Source of the DNA: Octopus bimaculoides
Taxonomy: Eukaryota
Length of the DNA stretch: 64,000 bases
Assembly (NCBI RefSeq): GCF_001194135.2
Contig: NC_068982.1
Location: 13,698,700 to 13,762,699, forward strand
Direction of reading: 5' to 3'
Positions 1-12,119 of the stretch are shown in pieces (position 1 is the stretch's first letter; every line of letters begins with the position of its first letter). The notes under the pieces were generated by a model. It made no database searches. It was not told the origin of the DNA and was given only the letters and a program-made list of their open reading frames with translations. Position numbers and translations under genes: made by a program.

Positions 1-10
1 CCCCCCCCCC

Positions 11-135
11 CATATGGCTGAAAGGTAAAGTCGACCATGGCAGAATTTGAGCTCAGAATGTAAAGATGGAATAAACACTTCTAAGCATTTTGCTTGGTGT
101 GTAATGGATTCTGCCAACTTGCTGCCTTGTAACAG
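11..135 (-). mobile_element. tRNA-derived SINE, family B (Meta-domain-like), 5' part
   Basis: Reverse complement matches the head and GCCTTTCA..GTCGAC core seen in fuller copies at 32000 and 37758. Confidence 0.75.
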
Positions 136-604
136 ACAAAATATTAAGATCAGTATAATGAACTGAAATAATTAACTAAAACCTTTGAAGACAGTTCCTC
201 AGTAAGGCTTCAGTAAAAATAAAATAAAAGATAATGAAATTAATAAGTGAAACAAAACTACAAAAGAATATATTTAAATCCATTATTTCTATAGCAAATT
301 AGCTGTCATTTTCAAATCTGTCATAAGACATATTAAACTTCAAATTTTCATTACATTTGAAAACAAGTAATTACAGAAGTCCTTACAACATTTTTTTATT
401 GTCATAAAAATACCTGTGACCCTTGCATTATGTTTGTGACTGGGGAAGAAGGAAGGTCTCTTGAAACTGTGGACCTGGAGTGAATGCTTGCAACAGAGTG
501 GAATTTGCTAAGGGTACAGAAAATGTAAAGTGGTGATGAGAAAACAGGCAGGGGATTCCAGTTAACTTAAATGATTAACTTATATATTTTGATATAATTT
601 ATGA

Positions 605-765
605 TAAGTGCAGGTGGCTGTGTGGTAAGAAGTTTGCTTCTGAATTACATGGTTCAAGGTTCAGTCCCACTGTACAGCACCTTGGACAAGTGTTTTCTCC
701 TATAGCTTCAGATCAACCTTGTGAGTGGATTTGGTAAATGCATACTGAAAGAAGACAATCACATA
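605..765 (+). mobile_element. tRNA-derived SINE, family A (CORE-like), 5' half
   Basis: A-box TGGCTGTGTGGTAAG, B-box GGTTCAGTCCC, CACCTTGGACAAGTG core; cut off by the Tc1 remnant. Confidence 0.85.
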
Positions 766-1665
766 CACAAACGTGACAGAAGTAAAAAGACACCCCATAA
801 AACATTGCTTTAAGTTTATTCTAACTTCTTAAGGTTTATATTTTTTATTAATGGACATTTTTTATGTTTCAAGTTCTGCATGTGACTGTTTAATCATGCC
901 ACATACAAAAGAAGTCTTGGAACTGTCTGAATTTCAAAGAGGTCATATTGGGTGTCAATCTGAAGGTGGACTTAGTGTAAAATTGCAGAAAACCTTGGAA
1001 TCCCACTTTCTACAGTTAATAGGATGATTGTGCAATTCGCCAGAGAGGGGAAGGAGTCCACATCACCTTGCCCGGGTTGACTAGGGCCCTCTGACATGAC
1101 CCTTTGCTTTGTTAAGTGAAGTGTGGAGGATGATCCTCATTGCAAGGCCTCTGACATAACAAAACAAGTTAATGTCAGTCCCAGAACAGTTGTCAGGTAT
1201 CTCCACAAACTTGACTATTATGGCAAGAAGGAAACGACTTCTTCAACCAGCCAATATCAAATGGAGATAAGATTGGGCCAGTGAGATGATGGAGCAGTCA
1301 CTAGCATTTTGGGACACCATCATATTCTCTGAGGAGTTCAGATTTGCTGTATTTTCTGACAGTGGTCAAGTGTGGGTCTGGAGACTTTGTGAGCAAGAAT
1401 TTGACATGAAAAGATTGCTGCCAGCAATGAAACAAGGCAGTTATTCTGTGATGGTCTGGTGAGAAATTTGGAGCAATGGTCAATCAGAGCTGGTGGAGTG
1501 TGATGGAAACATAAACTCAGATAAATATGTGTCCATATTACAGAAAGGACTCCTTCCAACCTTCTCCAGTAGTGCAATGATTAAAGAAGACTCTTTATTT
1601 ATGGAAGATGGGGCTCCTTGTCACACGACTAAAAGGACCTAAGGCTGGTTGGAAAAGAATGACCC
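766..1665 (+). mobile_element. Degenerate Tc1-family transposon (transposase pseudogene, 3'-truncated)
   Basis: Broken frames give [21 protein letters not shown] (HTH), FSEEFRF (FSDESRF-like), VWVWR, KQGSYSVMVW, DGNINSDKYVSIL, FMEDGAPCHT; starts after TA at 764-765. Confidence 0.85.
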
Positions 1666-1939
1666 CATTGCACCACTTGGGTAACAACCCTCCAGCACGT
1701 GGCTCTGTTTGGGAAGCCATTGCTGATGAGGGCTTTACAAGGTCAGAGTGCACATCCTACCGCAACCTCTCTTAGCTGTCCTTTACAACCCAGAAAGGTA
1801 ACTTTGTGTTTATTCTTTGACACGCAGGTTCTCACACGGCAATTTGGTAGATGGGAAATAAATTAGAAGACTGTCGTGTCTTTTGCCTTTTATTTCTTTT
1901 ACTCATTGCTTTTGGCCAGTGCCTGAGAGAGATAGAGAG

Positions 1940-2185
1940 AGTCTGTGTGCGTGTGTGTGTTTGACATCGTGTGATAGATGTAATTGAGTGTCATCTTCGT
2001 AAAGGTGGTGTCATTCATTTTCAATCTTCCACAGAAAAGTGCTTGGCCAAGAGAAAACATTACTTAGCTTAGAAACAGGCAAGACTTGGCAACAGGGAAG
2101 GTTATCTAGCTGTAGAAAATCTGCCTCAATGAACTCTCTTTAACCTAAGTAAGCACGGAAAAGCGAAGGTTAATAAAGTGAGTAA
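1940..2185 (+). mobile_element. Old retroposon remnant with RTE-like 3' tail
   Basis: TTGGCAACAGGGAAGGG..AGCTGTAGAAAATCTGCC resembles the tail of the RTE-tail family elsewhere in the window. Confidence 0.55.
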
Positions 2186-2399
2186 GAAAGTAGAAAATAT
2201 AGAACAAATCTGAGATGGAGGCAAATATGTTTCCTTTCGTGATTGAATAGACATTTGCGAAAATATTGAATGAAGTGTTAATCCTTTACACCTAAATTAT
2301 CAATGTGCAAAAAAAATAAAAATTCATTATTTATGGTCATTTCTGCTTACTTGAAGGTAAGGTGTTTGTTTGATGGATAGTATAAACTTTTCTGTTTTT

Positions 2400-2785
2400 A
2401 CACGTGCACGCACACGCACACACACACACACACATTCACACGTACACATGCACGCATACATGCACACATTCACACATACACATGGACACACACACACACA
2501 CACTCACGCACAGAGATGCATNNNNNNNNNNNNNNNNNNNNNNNNNNNNNNNNNNNNNNNNNNNNNNNNNNNNNNNNNNNNNNNNNNNNNNNNNNNNNNN
2601 NNNNNNNNNNNNNNNNNNNNNNNNNNNNNNNNNNNNNNNNNNNNNNNNNNNNNNNNNNNNNNNNNNNNNNNNNNNNNNNNNNNNNNNNNNNNNNNNNNNN
2701 NNNNNNNNNNNNNNNNNNNNNNNNNNNNNNNNNNNNNNNNNNNNNNNNNNNNNNNNNNNNNNNNNNNNNNNNNNNNNNNNNNNNN

Positions 2786-2830
<45 letters not shown>

Positions 2831-2970
2831 TATCCATCTGTTGCTATTTATTCATGTATACACATTCATACATGTGTGTGTGTGTGTGTGCTTGTATGTA
2901 TGTATATGTATGTATATGTATGTATATGTATGCATGTATGTATGTATATGTATGTATGAATGTATGTATA
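2400..2970. repeat. Compound (CA)n/(TA)n/(TATG)n microsatellite spanning an N gap
   Basis: Directly visible. Confidence 0.95.
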
Positions 2971-3618
2971 TCCACAGAAATTATTCGAATGTCAATAATT
3001 CGGCAACATTCACCCCGGCTATAATTGCTTGCATGCAACAATGTTGTTGAAACATAAGTAATCCTTAGAGTTCGTCCAAGCTTTCTGTTTTGTCGGTTAC
3101 TTCCCATGGAGGAAATGCTTGAAGTGTTATGAATTATCAACAATAGATGTCATGGGGGTTAAAACCCATCGCTGTCAAATTTATCTGAAAGGAATTGCTG
3201 TGAATATAACTGACTCTTCTTGTTGAGATATCTTGAAAAATCATAGAATAAAACATAAAATATTGATTACTATATTCAGCTTTTTATTAACATCATATTT
3301 TAAATTAATGTCTTCCATACATCCTATATGGTACACAGTTATCACTATAAAGCAGCATCAAATTTTATTAAACATCAGCATAAAGAATATTAATTCATCC
3401 ATAAGGATTTCATATCATAATTTGGATCTAAGGATGTTACATATGAATATGAAGAAATTGATATACTTTGATTTCCTCATTAGAGGTATGAAATCACAAA
3501 GGAGACCATATCCTCAGTTTTTAATTATACTATTTACAATGTTATAACAACATGCCTTTTATTAATAATTCTGCAAATGTAAGAACTGGTAATCTTATTA
3601 GCTTCTATGAGATCTTAC

Positions 3619-3686
3619 GCTTGAGTGACTGAATGCAGCCTCGGTTATTGATTCAATTAGAGATACTTCTGTTTGATCTTCCACTA
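3619..3686 (-). CDS. Candidate exon of unidentified minus-strand gene (xVEDQTEVSLIESITEAAFSHSS)
   Basis: Acceptor TTTCCTACAG, donor GTAAGA, open in phase 1 to 0; alternative acceptor at 3733. Confidence 0.3.
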
Positions 3687-3871
3687 CTGTAGGAAATATC
3701 TTTTATCAAATGAAGTCTTTCTTATTCCTTTAACTGAAATATAATTTTGATCCCTCTCACTGATAAATTGAATTGATCATTGCTAAATGCAAAGTGAAGC
3801 AAATATATCAGCCAGCCAAAAGCGGCTTTCCCTCTTTACAAACAAACATGCACAGACAGGGATTTACTGAC

Positions 3872-3913
3872 CATGAATTCTAAGACGTTCTTCTGTTACT
3901 CATTGATGTGTGT
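3872..3913 (-). other. Candidate 42-nt exon; all three frames contain a stop
   Basis: Acceptor TTATTTTGTTTCAG, donor GTCAGT. Confidence 0.3.
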
Positions 3914-4118
3914 CTGAAACAAAATAAGAATCTAAAGATGTGACTGACCTATTTTTCTTATTTTTAAGTACTTTCAGAGGAGAGAGAAAAAACGGGTTTG
4001 CATCTTCAATCAACATCAAAGCTCGATTGGATAATACACACAATTTAATTCCCTCCTTCACACTCTAGAATCTATTTCTCTACACTTTCTGGATAATGAT
4101 TTAGTTTGATATATACAT

Positions 4119-4153
<35 letters not shown>

Positions 4154-5204
4154 NNNNNNNNNNNNNNNNNNNNNNNNNNNNNNNNNNNNNNNNNNNNNNN
4201 NNNNNNNNNNNNNNNNNNNNNNNNNNNNNNNNNNNNNNNNNNNNNNNNNNNNNNNNNNNNNNNNNNNNNNNNNNNNNNNNNNNNNNNNNNNNNNNNNNNN
4301 NNNNNNNNNNNNNNNNNNNNNNNNNNNNNNNNNNNNNNNNNNNNNNNNNNNNNNNNNNNNNNNNNNNNNNNNNNNNNNNNNNNNNNNNNNNNNNNNNNNN
4401 NNNNNNNNNNNNNNNNNNNNNNNNNNNNNNNNNNNNNNNNNNNNNNNNNNNNNNNNNNNNNNNNNNNNNNNNNNNNNNNNNNNNNNNNNNNNNNNNNNNN
4501 NNNNNNNNNNNNNNNNNNNNNNNCTATGAGGATATTTAAACCTCTTATAGGGATATTTTATGCAAGCGACACTGGTTTAATATATATAATATTTTGAAGA
4601 GATATTTCTTCAATGAATATATTATTATCGAGTTAGAAAAGAGAGAGATCTAATGGATACAAATTAATTAATTAATTAATTAACATATTCACCTACAATT
4701 GTTTCATTTCACAAACAAAATTAAAATTACAAAACATATATAAATATATAATTTTGCATTTTAAAAACCTGTAGAATTTGCATTTTAAATCATCAGGATG
4801 TATTGTCTTTTGTGCACACCGATGATTTTCCATACAAGCTTTATATATATATATATACACACACCTCTTTGGTTGTGCTATTTATGTAACTGTCTTTACA
4901 TAACTAAGGACTCTTTATATGATGATTCATCTTGCTAGAAACATCAGCCAAATCACCCTTAAAATTTCAAAATCACCCTATGCTCTTGTATAAGACAGGA
5001 CACAATTAATAACATATTCATACATGCTAAAAAAAAAATATACAATGATCACATATGGGGTGCCTTTGAATAAATATCTGCTTGATCTGAGTCGACCTGG
5101 GGTTAAACAACAGCTAATACAACTCTCACACTGGCCAGCTTCTTATTCTTTCAAAACAATTTTTTCCCATAATAGTTAACATTAATTCATCCTGTATCTT
5201 CTAG

Positions 5205-5491
5205 CTTTTACTTGTTTCAGTCATTAGACTGCGGCCATGCTGGAGCACCAACTTGAAGCATGTTTAGCTGCATGGATCGTATCAAGTACTTATTTCATTT
5301 TTAAGCCTGATACTTATTCTAACAGTCTCTTTATGCTGAGCCACTGTGACACAGGATGTAAACTCACCAACATTGGTTGCCAAGTGGTGGGAGTGAAGAT
5401 ATAGAGACACAAAGACACTCCCATGTATGTATGTATGTATGTATGTATGTATGTATGTATGTATGTATGTATGCATATATANNNNNNNNNN

Positions 5492-5544
<53 letters not shown>

Positions 5545-5810
5545 TACACATACGTATACACATATATATATACATATATATATATATGTGTATATGCACA
5601 CATATATAAACACACACGCACACACATATATATATATATATGTACAACAAGTTTCTTTCAGTTTCTGTCTACCAGCTACACTCACAAGGTTTTGATCAGC
5701 CTATGGCTTTAGTAGAAAACACTTGCTGAAGGTTTCACACAGTGGGACTGAACTTGAAACCATGGAACCATGTGTTTGGGAAGCAAGCTTCTTACCACAT
5801 TACCACGCTT
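5205..5810 (-). mobile_element. Family A SINE, full length, with expanded internal (TATG)/(TA) microsatellite
   Basis: Tail TTTTACTTGTTTCAGTCATT..GCGGCCATGCTGGAGCACC and tRNA-like head both present. Confidence 0.9.
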
Positions 5811-7110
5811 CTTCTAAACACACTATTTTTTTTAGCAATATCATCTTTGGTTAAATATTTCCTGTGGACAAGTCACCAGTTCAGTGCATTTGGAACTCAG
5901 TGGACTTACAAAGCACTGGTTTTTCCTCATGTGGAAGTTATAAAAATGCATGCATACATTTAGACATGCTTATACATACGTGTATAAGATTCCAATAAAC
6001 TGGACCTTTTAAACAGAAAACATGTTCACTCAAATTTATGCAAATATGTATATATTTATGAATGGATGTATGTATATATGTGTGTGTGTATATGTAGACA
6101 AACAGAGGTGCATTAAATACCATGCAACATAAATCCTTCACATATTATTAACACCATGGCATGGTGTTAGTGCTAATATTAATTGGTAACCATCACCCTC
6201 CCAATACAAAAAGGTGAAAATCCCTATATAATGTCAGTATACCCACAAACTAAAACTTACCACCTACTTACCATTTTTTGTAACCTCTAAACCCTTGAAA
6301 ACATCATTGCCTAAAAGCTGCCACACCTAAATACACCTAATTATAAAGGGTTAGATACTTGGCTGAACTCTTAGATTTAACCCTCGTATTTTCAAAACGT
6401 AAAGTTAAGTATTCCATTAATATTCAACTAAAACCAATAACAACTAAATCTAGTGAAACATCTGCTGACCAACATACATCTTGCACTGAACTACATCCTC
6501 TTGTGAACTCCTATAACCTGAAGATGACACACCTAAATAGACACACCTGGTTACAAAGTTCTACATGCATGACTAAATTCTAAATAGCACAACACTAAAT
6601 TTAATCAATGAAAATTCTCCATAACACCAAATCCATCACACCCCCATCATACATCTTAATAATCATTCAACTAAGCATTGGAAAATTTTAACTTAACAGA
6701 GACTATATAAATCCAAGATGAATAGAAATGGACTACAGTCCCATGATGGCTTAGCTGACAGAAGAAACCTCAATGCCACTGCCAATATTACTCTTATTAA
6801 AGAATAATATATCTGTACTTTACCAAATGTACTGTGTAATCCTTCAGTTTAATATAAAATCGTTTTTATTATGAAATAAAAATACAGGTTAATGTGTGTG
6901 TATGAGTGTGTGTGTGTGAGAGAGTGTGTGAGTGTGTGTGTGTGTTTTTATGTGTGTGCGTGTATACATACATATATAAATATGCATATAAATATGCATG
7001 TGTGTTTGTGTGTTTTATGTGTGTGTGTGCATGTATACATGCATATATGAATATGCATATAAATATGCATATGTGTGTGTGTGTTTTTATGTGTGTGTGT
7101 GTGTGTGTGC

Positions 7111-7144
<34 letters not shown>

Positions 7145-7149
7145 GCTTG

Positions 7150-7497
7150 TGTGTAAGAGAGACACCCCTTCGGTCATGAATGACCATGGGATTGCACATA
7201 GAAACTTACCCACCCAGGCGCAAATCTGGGCAAGGTTGTTTATTGAAGACCAGCAATCACCCATGCATACCAGCCTCCCATCTCCATGCCACCAGTGTTA
7301 TCCAAGGGAAAGGCAAAGGGGCCGATACAGCTTGGCACCTGTGACGTTGCAACTCATTTCTACAGCTGAGTGAACTGGAGCAACGCTAAATAAAGTGTCT
7401 TGCTCAAGAACACAACACACAGCCCAAACTGAGAATCAAACTCACTACCTTATGATTGCAAGCCAGAAGCTCTAACCACTGAGCCATACACCTTCAC
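7150..7497 (-). mobile_element. tRNA-derived SINE, family C
   Basis: Minus-strand head GTGAAGGTGTATGGCTCAGTGGTTAGAGC, GTGTTCTTGAGCAAGACACTTTATTT core; related heads at 16470 and 28300. Confidence 0.8.
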
Positions 7498-7504
7498 ACA
7501 CACA

Positions 7505-7672
7505 CACAGATGGGCTTCTACATAATTTCTATGAACCAAATTCCATTCAGAATTTATCAACAAATTCAAAGGTTCCCAAGATAGAAGCCATTGACTCAAG
7601 GTTCTGTGCAGTGGAATCAAACCAAAACTGCATGGATGCAAAATAAGCTTCTTAACCACACAACCATTACTT
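7505..7672 (-). mobile_element. Family A SINE 5' half, degenerate
   Basis: Similar to family A head. Confidence 0.7.
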
Positions 7673-9519
7673 GCGACCACATTTAGCTGAAGTAAAAAGA
7701 TATTTAGGATCAAACAAGAAACTACAGAGAACTAAAGATTACTTCTTCAAGATTCCAATAAACTGGACCTTTTAAACAGAAAACCTGTTCACTCAAATTT
7801 ATGCAAATAGAAAATAAATTCATTTAAATCTAATATCAGTTCAATAGAAATGACTGCTGGCTACTCTATTATCATGTAAATGACTATACCAATCAGTTTG
7901 ATAGCTTTTGCCTTGCCTTAGAATTATCTAATTCTAAGCTTGACACTATATCAAATTTAATTGGTTATCTAAATATATTTCAAGTAATCATATTATCCAG
8001 GCAGCATTGTTATTTGAGCATTCATAATTTGAGCAGGTCTTCTTGGACTGGTGAGGTCATTGCAATTGGTGTTCAATTCCAAATTCTACCGTTTAATACT
8101 AGTAGAGAAAGCATGAATAGAAAGGAAGTTATAGAAAGGATTGCAGTTTTTGAGAGGAAACCTTGAGGAAAGCATTTAATATGGATGTTGGTTGGACACA
8201 AGTATAGGCACCATAATTAGAAGAGGAAAAAGGGAATGAGTGATTTGGTTTGACTATGATGAGACTGGTATACAGTTTGGTATTTTAGAGAGATAGTATG
8301 GTCTTAATATGGGGAGAAAAAAAATAAAAACTGACCCATGTGATTTGCATGTAGTAACTCCACATACTCCAACATCTAACCATAGACCATTGTGTCTCAT
8401 ATTTTCGTCTTTTTTACAATTTCAGTCATGGTTTGTTTATTTGGAGCTAATTGACCTTGTGCCATCTTCATTCAGGACCACTCGACCCATGCTGAGTTGT
8501 CTCCTCTTTTTCTCACCCATGAGGCCCATTTCCTCAAAATTACACTGATCGCAAACTCCAACCCTTCCCCTCCCCAAATGCTGGTCCTCTGAGATTATTT
8601 CCTTATTCATGTATTTGTTTTCTCATCATCAACTTGCAGTTATGCAAGAATATCAGCTGCATTGATATTACCAGTCTTGGAGGGTTTGTGAAAACCACTG
8701 AAGCAAGTCATGTGAGCAGTACTTTGTGATGGTACCTGAGAAGAGAAGGAGTGCCTGATCAAAAGCATTCCAGCCAGGACTACTCCATATTTTTGTGTAT
8801 CAAAAACTACATTGCTCTAATATATTGTTTCTTTCTTAAGAAGATGAGTTATGACATGAGACTAAATAGTTTGTGATACTTGTTAGAACTATCTTTACAT
8901 TTGCAAAAAGATTTCAAGTCTTGATGAAGTTATGTTTCGTCATTTCAAAGGTACTGAAGTTGATTCAATCAAATCAACTGTCAACCTTGGTCAACATTCA
9001 ATGGCTCGACAAAATCCATGCAGTGTCCAAATCCCTATTCCACAGCTGTGCTTTAAGGCCTAATGAAATGTGGGGTCGGTTGGAAAACACTGCGATTATA
9101 TCAATATTATCATTATATAAGACACAACACAACCCACACATAAACACACATAAACACACATATATCCCTGTCATTCAATCATTTATGTAGAAAATAATAT
9201 ACAGAGGGAAGTCTATGGAAGACATAATTGAATCCTGAAGTATACTAGTGTTGACAGAATGTGCATGTAATGAGCATCATTAACACACACTCTATTAGAG
9301 CTATCAGAGATTAAAAAAATGTCTCAATCATGCTTTTATATTCCATGTACATTGTTTACAATCTTTTCTAAAAATGTAGAAACTTTTCAATACTATCATG
9401 ACATTTCTGAGCTGAATTTTATATTTGCTAACATAGGGAGATGAATCATTGTAAATTTATTGAATTAGTAAAGGGCAAATATTTTATTTTTTCATACTTG
9501 GAATTTATAGAAAACAAAA

Positions 9520-9665
9520 GACAAAGAATGGTGTATGAACAACAAGCAAGTATATTAGTTTGATGGTCAGGAAAAATGGAAAAGTCTTTTATGTTTCAAG
9601 CCTACACTCTTCAGCAGAAAGAAATAAGAGGAAATAAACAGGGAGAGAAAGAAAAAAAAAACTTG
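9520..9665. mobile_element. Possible Penelope-like terminal remnant
   Basis: AGTCTTTTATGTTTCAAGCCTACACTCTTC resembles the degenerate GACGTTTCG..CTCTTCA motif of PLE pseudo-LTRs (from memory). Confidence 0.35.
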
Positions 9666-9803
9666 TAGACTTCAGCTGTCCAGTACATCTGTATTATCCA
9701 TTAATTTAAATTCTTAGTATGCTAAAATCATTAAACTAAGACAGTTTTAGAAGATTACTATTTTTTAATCTCACAATGTGAGATATTCAGCAACAGTACT
9801 TTG

Positions 9804-10098
9804 TAGTAAAGATTGTTTACCAACATAACATGGCAGTCCTGGTTTAGGACGAATGTTGCTGTAATTTAGCCCCTGGAGACATCGTCTCCAGCTGGCTATG
9901 AAGAGAAATAACCCAGAAATCATGATACACAGATATTGTTTTGAGCTGAGTGGGTATGCTAGATTCCCTTGTTCGAAAAATGTAAGGACGCAGATTGTGT
10001 CATATAGCCAGCTGGAGATGATGCCTCCTGGGCTAAATTACAGCAACATTCATCCTAAATCAAGACTGCCATGTTATGTTGGCAGACAATCTTTACTA
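9804..10098. mobile_element. Foldback/MITE-like element with ~97-bp inverted arms
   Basis: 9804-9900 and 10001-10098 are reverse complements with about ten differences; TA at both ends. Confidence 0.85.
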
Positions 10099-10727
10099 TA
10101 AAACATTTTTATCTTTTAAAGGAGAAATGTGGATGAGACATGGAAGTGCCCCTTGTGAGACAATTTTCACAGATTTTTCTATCAAAAGCCATTGTTACAG
10201 CATTGTCTTTGCTACTTTCTATTGACTGAGAGACTAGACATGGCTCTACAGGAGTATTGTTTTCTAGTCATCAACTTGCAGTTATGCAAGAATATAGGCT
10301 TCATTGATATTACCAGTCTTGGATGGTTTGTGAAAACCACTGTAGCAAGTCATGTTAGCACTATTTTCTGATGGTAGCTTGATTTAGTCGTTTTGCTTAA
10401 ACTAACCAATCACTGCTGAAGGATACACGCGGTCAGGGCAGTGAAGCATGAGTTTTAAAAAGAAAGGCCAGTAGTTGAGTAAACTAGATGGTATGCAGGT
10501 TAGATGAACTTCGGCCTGGCAGGACTTTGATCAGAAATTAGCACTCATCGAAGGAAGGACTTCTGCCTTAGTGCATTGATTTTTTTCCAACTCAAGGGAA
10601 CATGCTAAGGAATAAACATTTGTTTACTGCTCCCAATTGATGGGAAGGCTGATATCTACGATACACAGATTGAACAATTATAAATGAATGAACACTTGAT
10701 TCCTTCCCGATTATCGGTGAGGCTTAC

Positions 10728-10821
10728 CTGCAAAGCTCTGGTAATATCTTGATTGCACCAGAATAAATTCTCAGGTTTGTTAACCAAAAGGAAACATTGT
10801 CTCTTGGTATTTTATTGTGCC
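10728..10821 (-). CDS. Candidate exon; the phase-0 frame reads ..IPRDNVSFWLTNLRIYSGAIKDITRALQ
   Basis: Strong donor GCAG|GTAAGC; acceptor uncertain; helical TPR-like wording only suggestive. Confidence 0.3.
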
Positions 10822-11149
10822 TTTTATGCAAACATATATTTAAATGTTACTAGCCTTCTGATAGGCACTCATTCAAATAGGTACCGCTCATTAACCAACA
10901 CACATAAACACAACCCTTTCTCCAGACCAAACACCTAAGTAAAAAAAAAAAAGAAAAATTATTACAGACAGGAGAGAATTTCTGACAAGGTAACATCTGA
11001 TGAATCTGCCAGATGTGTCAGATACAATGAAGTTGTTAAGAACAGAGACATTTTTTTGAAATGAAATCTGTAATCAGCTTAAACAATTCACCAGGAATAG
11101 GATGTTTGCTATGTGTGTCATTAAATCTTTCATTACCATATTTATTTTG

Positions 11150-11349
11150 AGATGTTCTGTGTTTCATTCAATTAATTTTAAATATAACAAAGAATTTAAT
11201 AAAATAACTTAGTTATCATTAAGCTAGTGTTAGGAATATAAATTGTGACTAAGGTTTGGTGGAAGATTTCAATTCAAAACTTATGAAAACAAGACATTTG
11301 TATTCAGAGCCAGAGGTGGTTTCAACTAGTTTGGTAACGAAAGGGTTAA
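11150..11349. mobile_element. piggyBac-like non-autonomous element, one end
   Basis: Ends GGTAACGAAAGGGTTAA (CCC-type TIR plus TTAA). Confidence 0.55.
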
Positions 11350-11634
11350 TGTTGGAAGTGGTTGCAGTGAATGTACAGTAGGCAAGAAAGAATTATGTAC
11401 AGAATATTGAGAACAGTAACTGCCATTTATGACAATAGATCTCTTTCTCTGTCTGTCTCCACAAAAACCAAACTGCATGATATCATTATAAGAAGTGCAA
11501 TAACCGTGAAAAATGGATGATGAAGGTAAAACTCTTTGGTAACTGAATTGGAACAAGTTGAGTTTGATCTGTTGAATGTGCAATAGAGATTGGGGATAAA
11601 GGACAAGAGAGATGAGATATAAATTAGACACCAA

Positions 11635-12034
11635 TAGGTACAGGATCGGCTGTGTAGTAAGTAATTTGCTTACCAACCACATGGTTCCAGGTTCAGTCCC
11701 ACTGTGTGGCACCTTGGGCAAGTGTCTTCAACTATAGCCTCGGGCCGACCAAAGCCTTGTGAGTGGATTTGGTAGACAGAAACTGAAAGAAACCCAATGT
11801 GTATATATATATAGATATATATATGTGTGTGTGTGTGTGTGTGTCCTCCCACCATTGCTTGACAACCAATGTTGGTGTGTTTACATCCCCATAACCTACC
11901 GATTCGGCAAAAGAGACCAATAGAATAAGTACCAGGCTTACAAAAAAAAAAAAAAAATCCTGGGGTTCGATTTGTTTGACCAAAGGTGGTGCTCCAGCAT
12001 GGCTGCAGTCAACTGACTGAAACAAGTAAAAGAA
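11635..12034 (+). mobile_element. Family A SINE, full length
   Basis: A/B boxes, core, internal (TA)(TG), tail CTCCAGCATGGCTGCAGTCAACTGACTGAAACAAGTAAAAGA. Confidence 0.92.
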
Positions 12035-12119
12035 TTTAAAAAATCAAAGATATTAGCTGATAATTAATCTTGTTGGAGTTACCTCTGCTGAGCAGACTGC
12101 TTTTTGTTTTTATTTTTTA

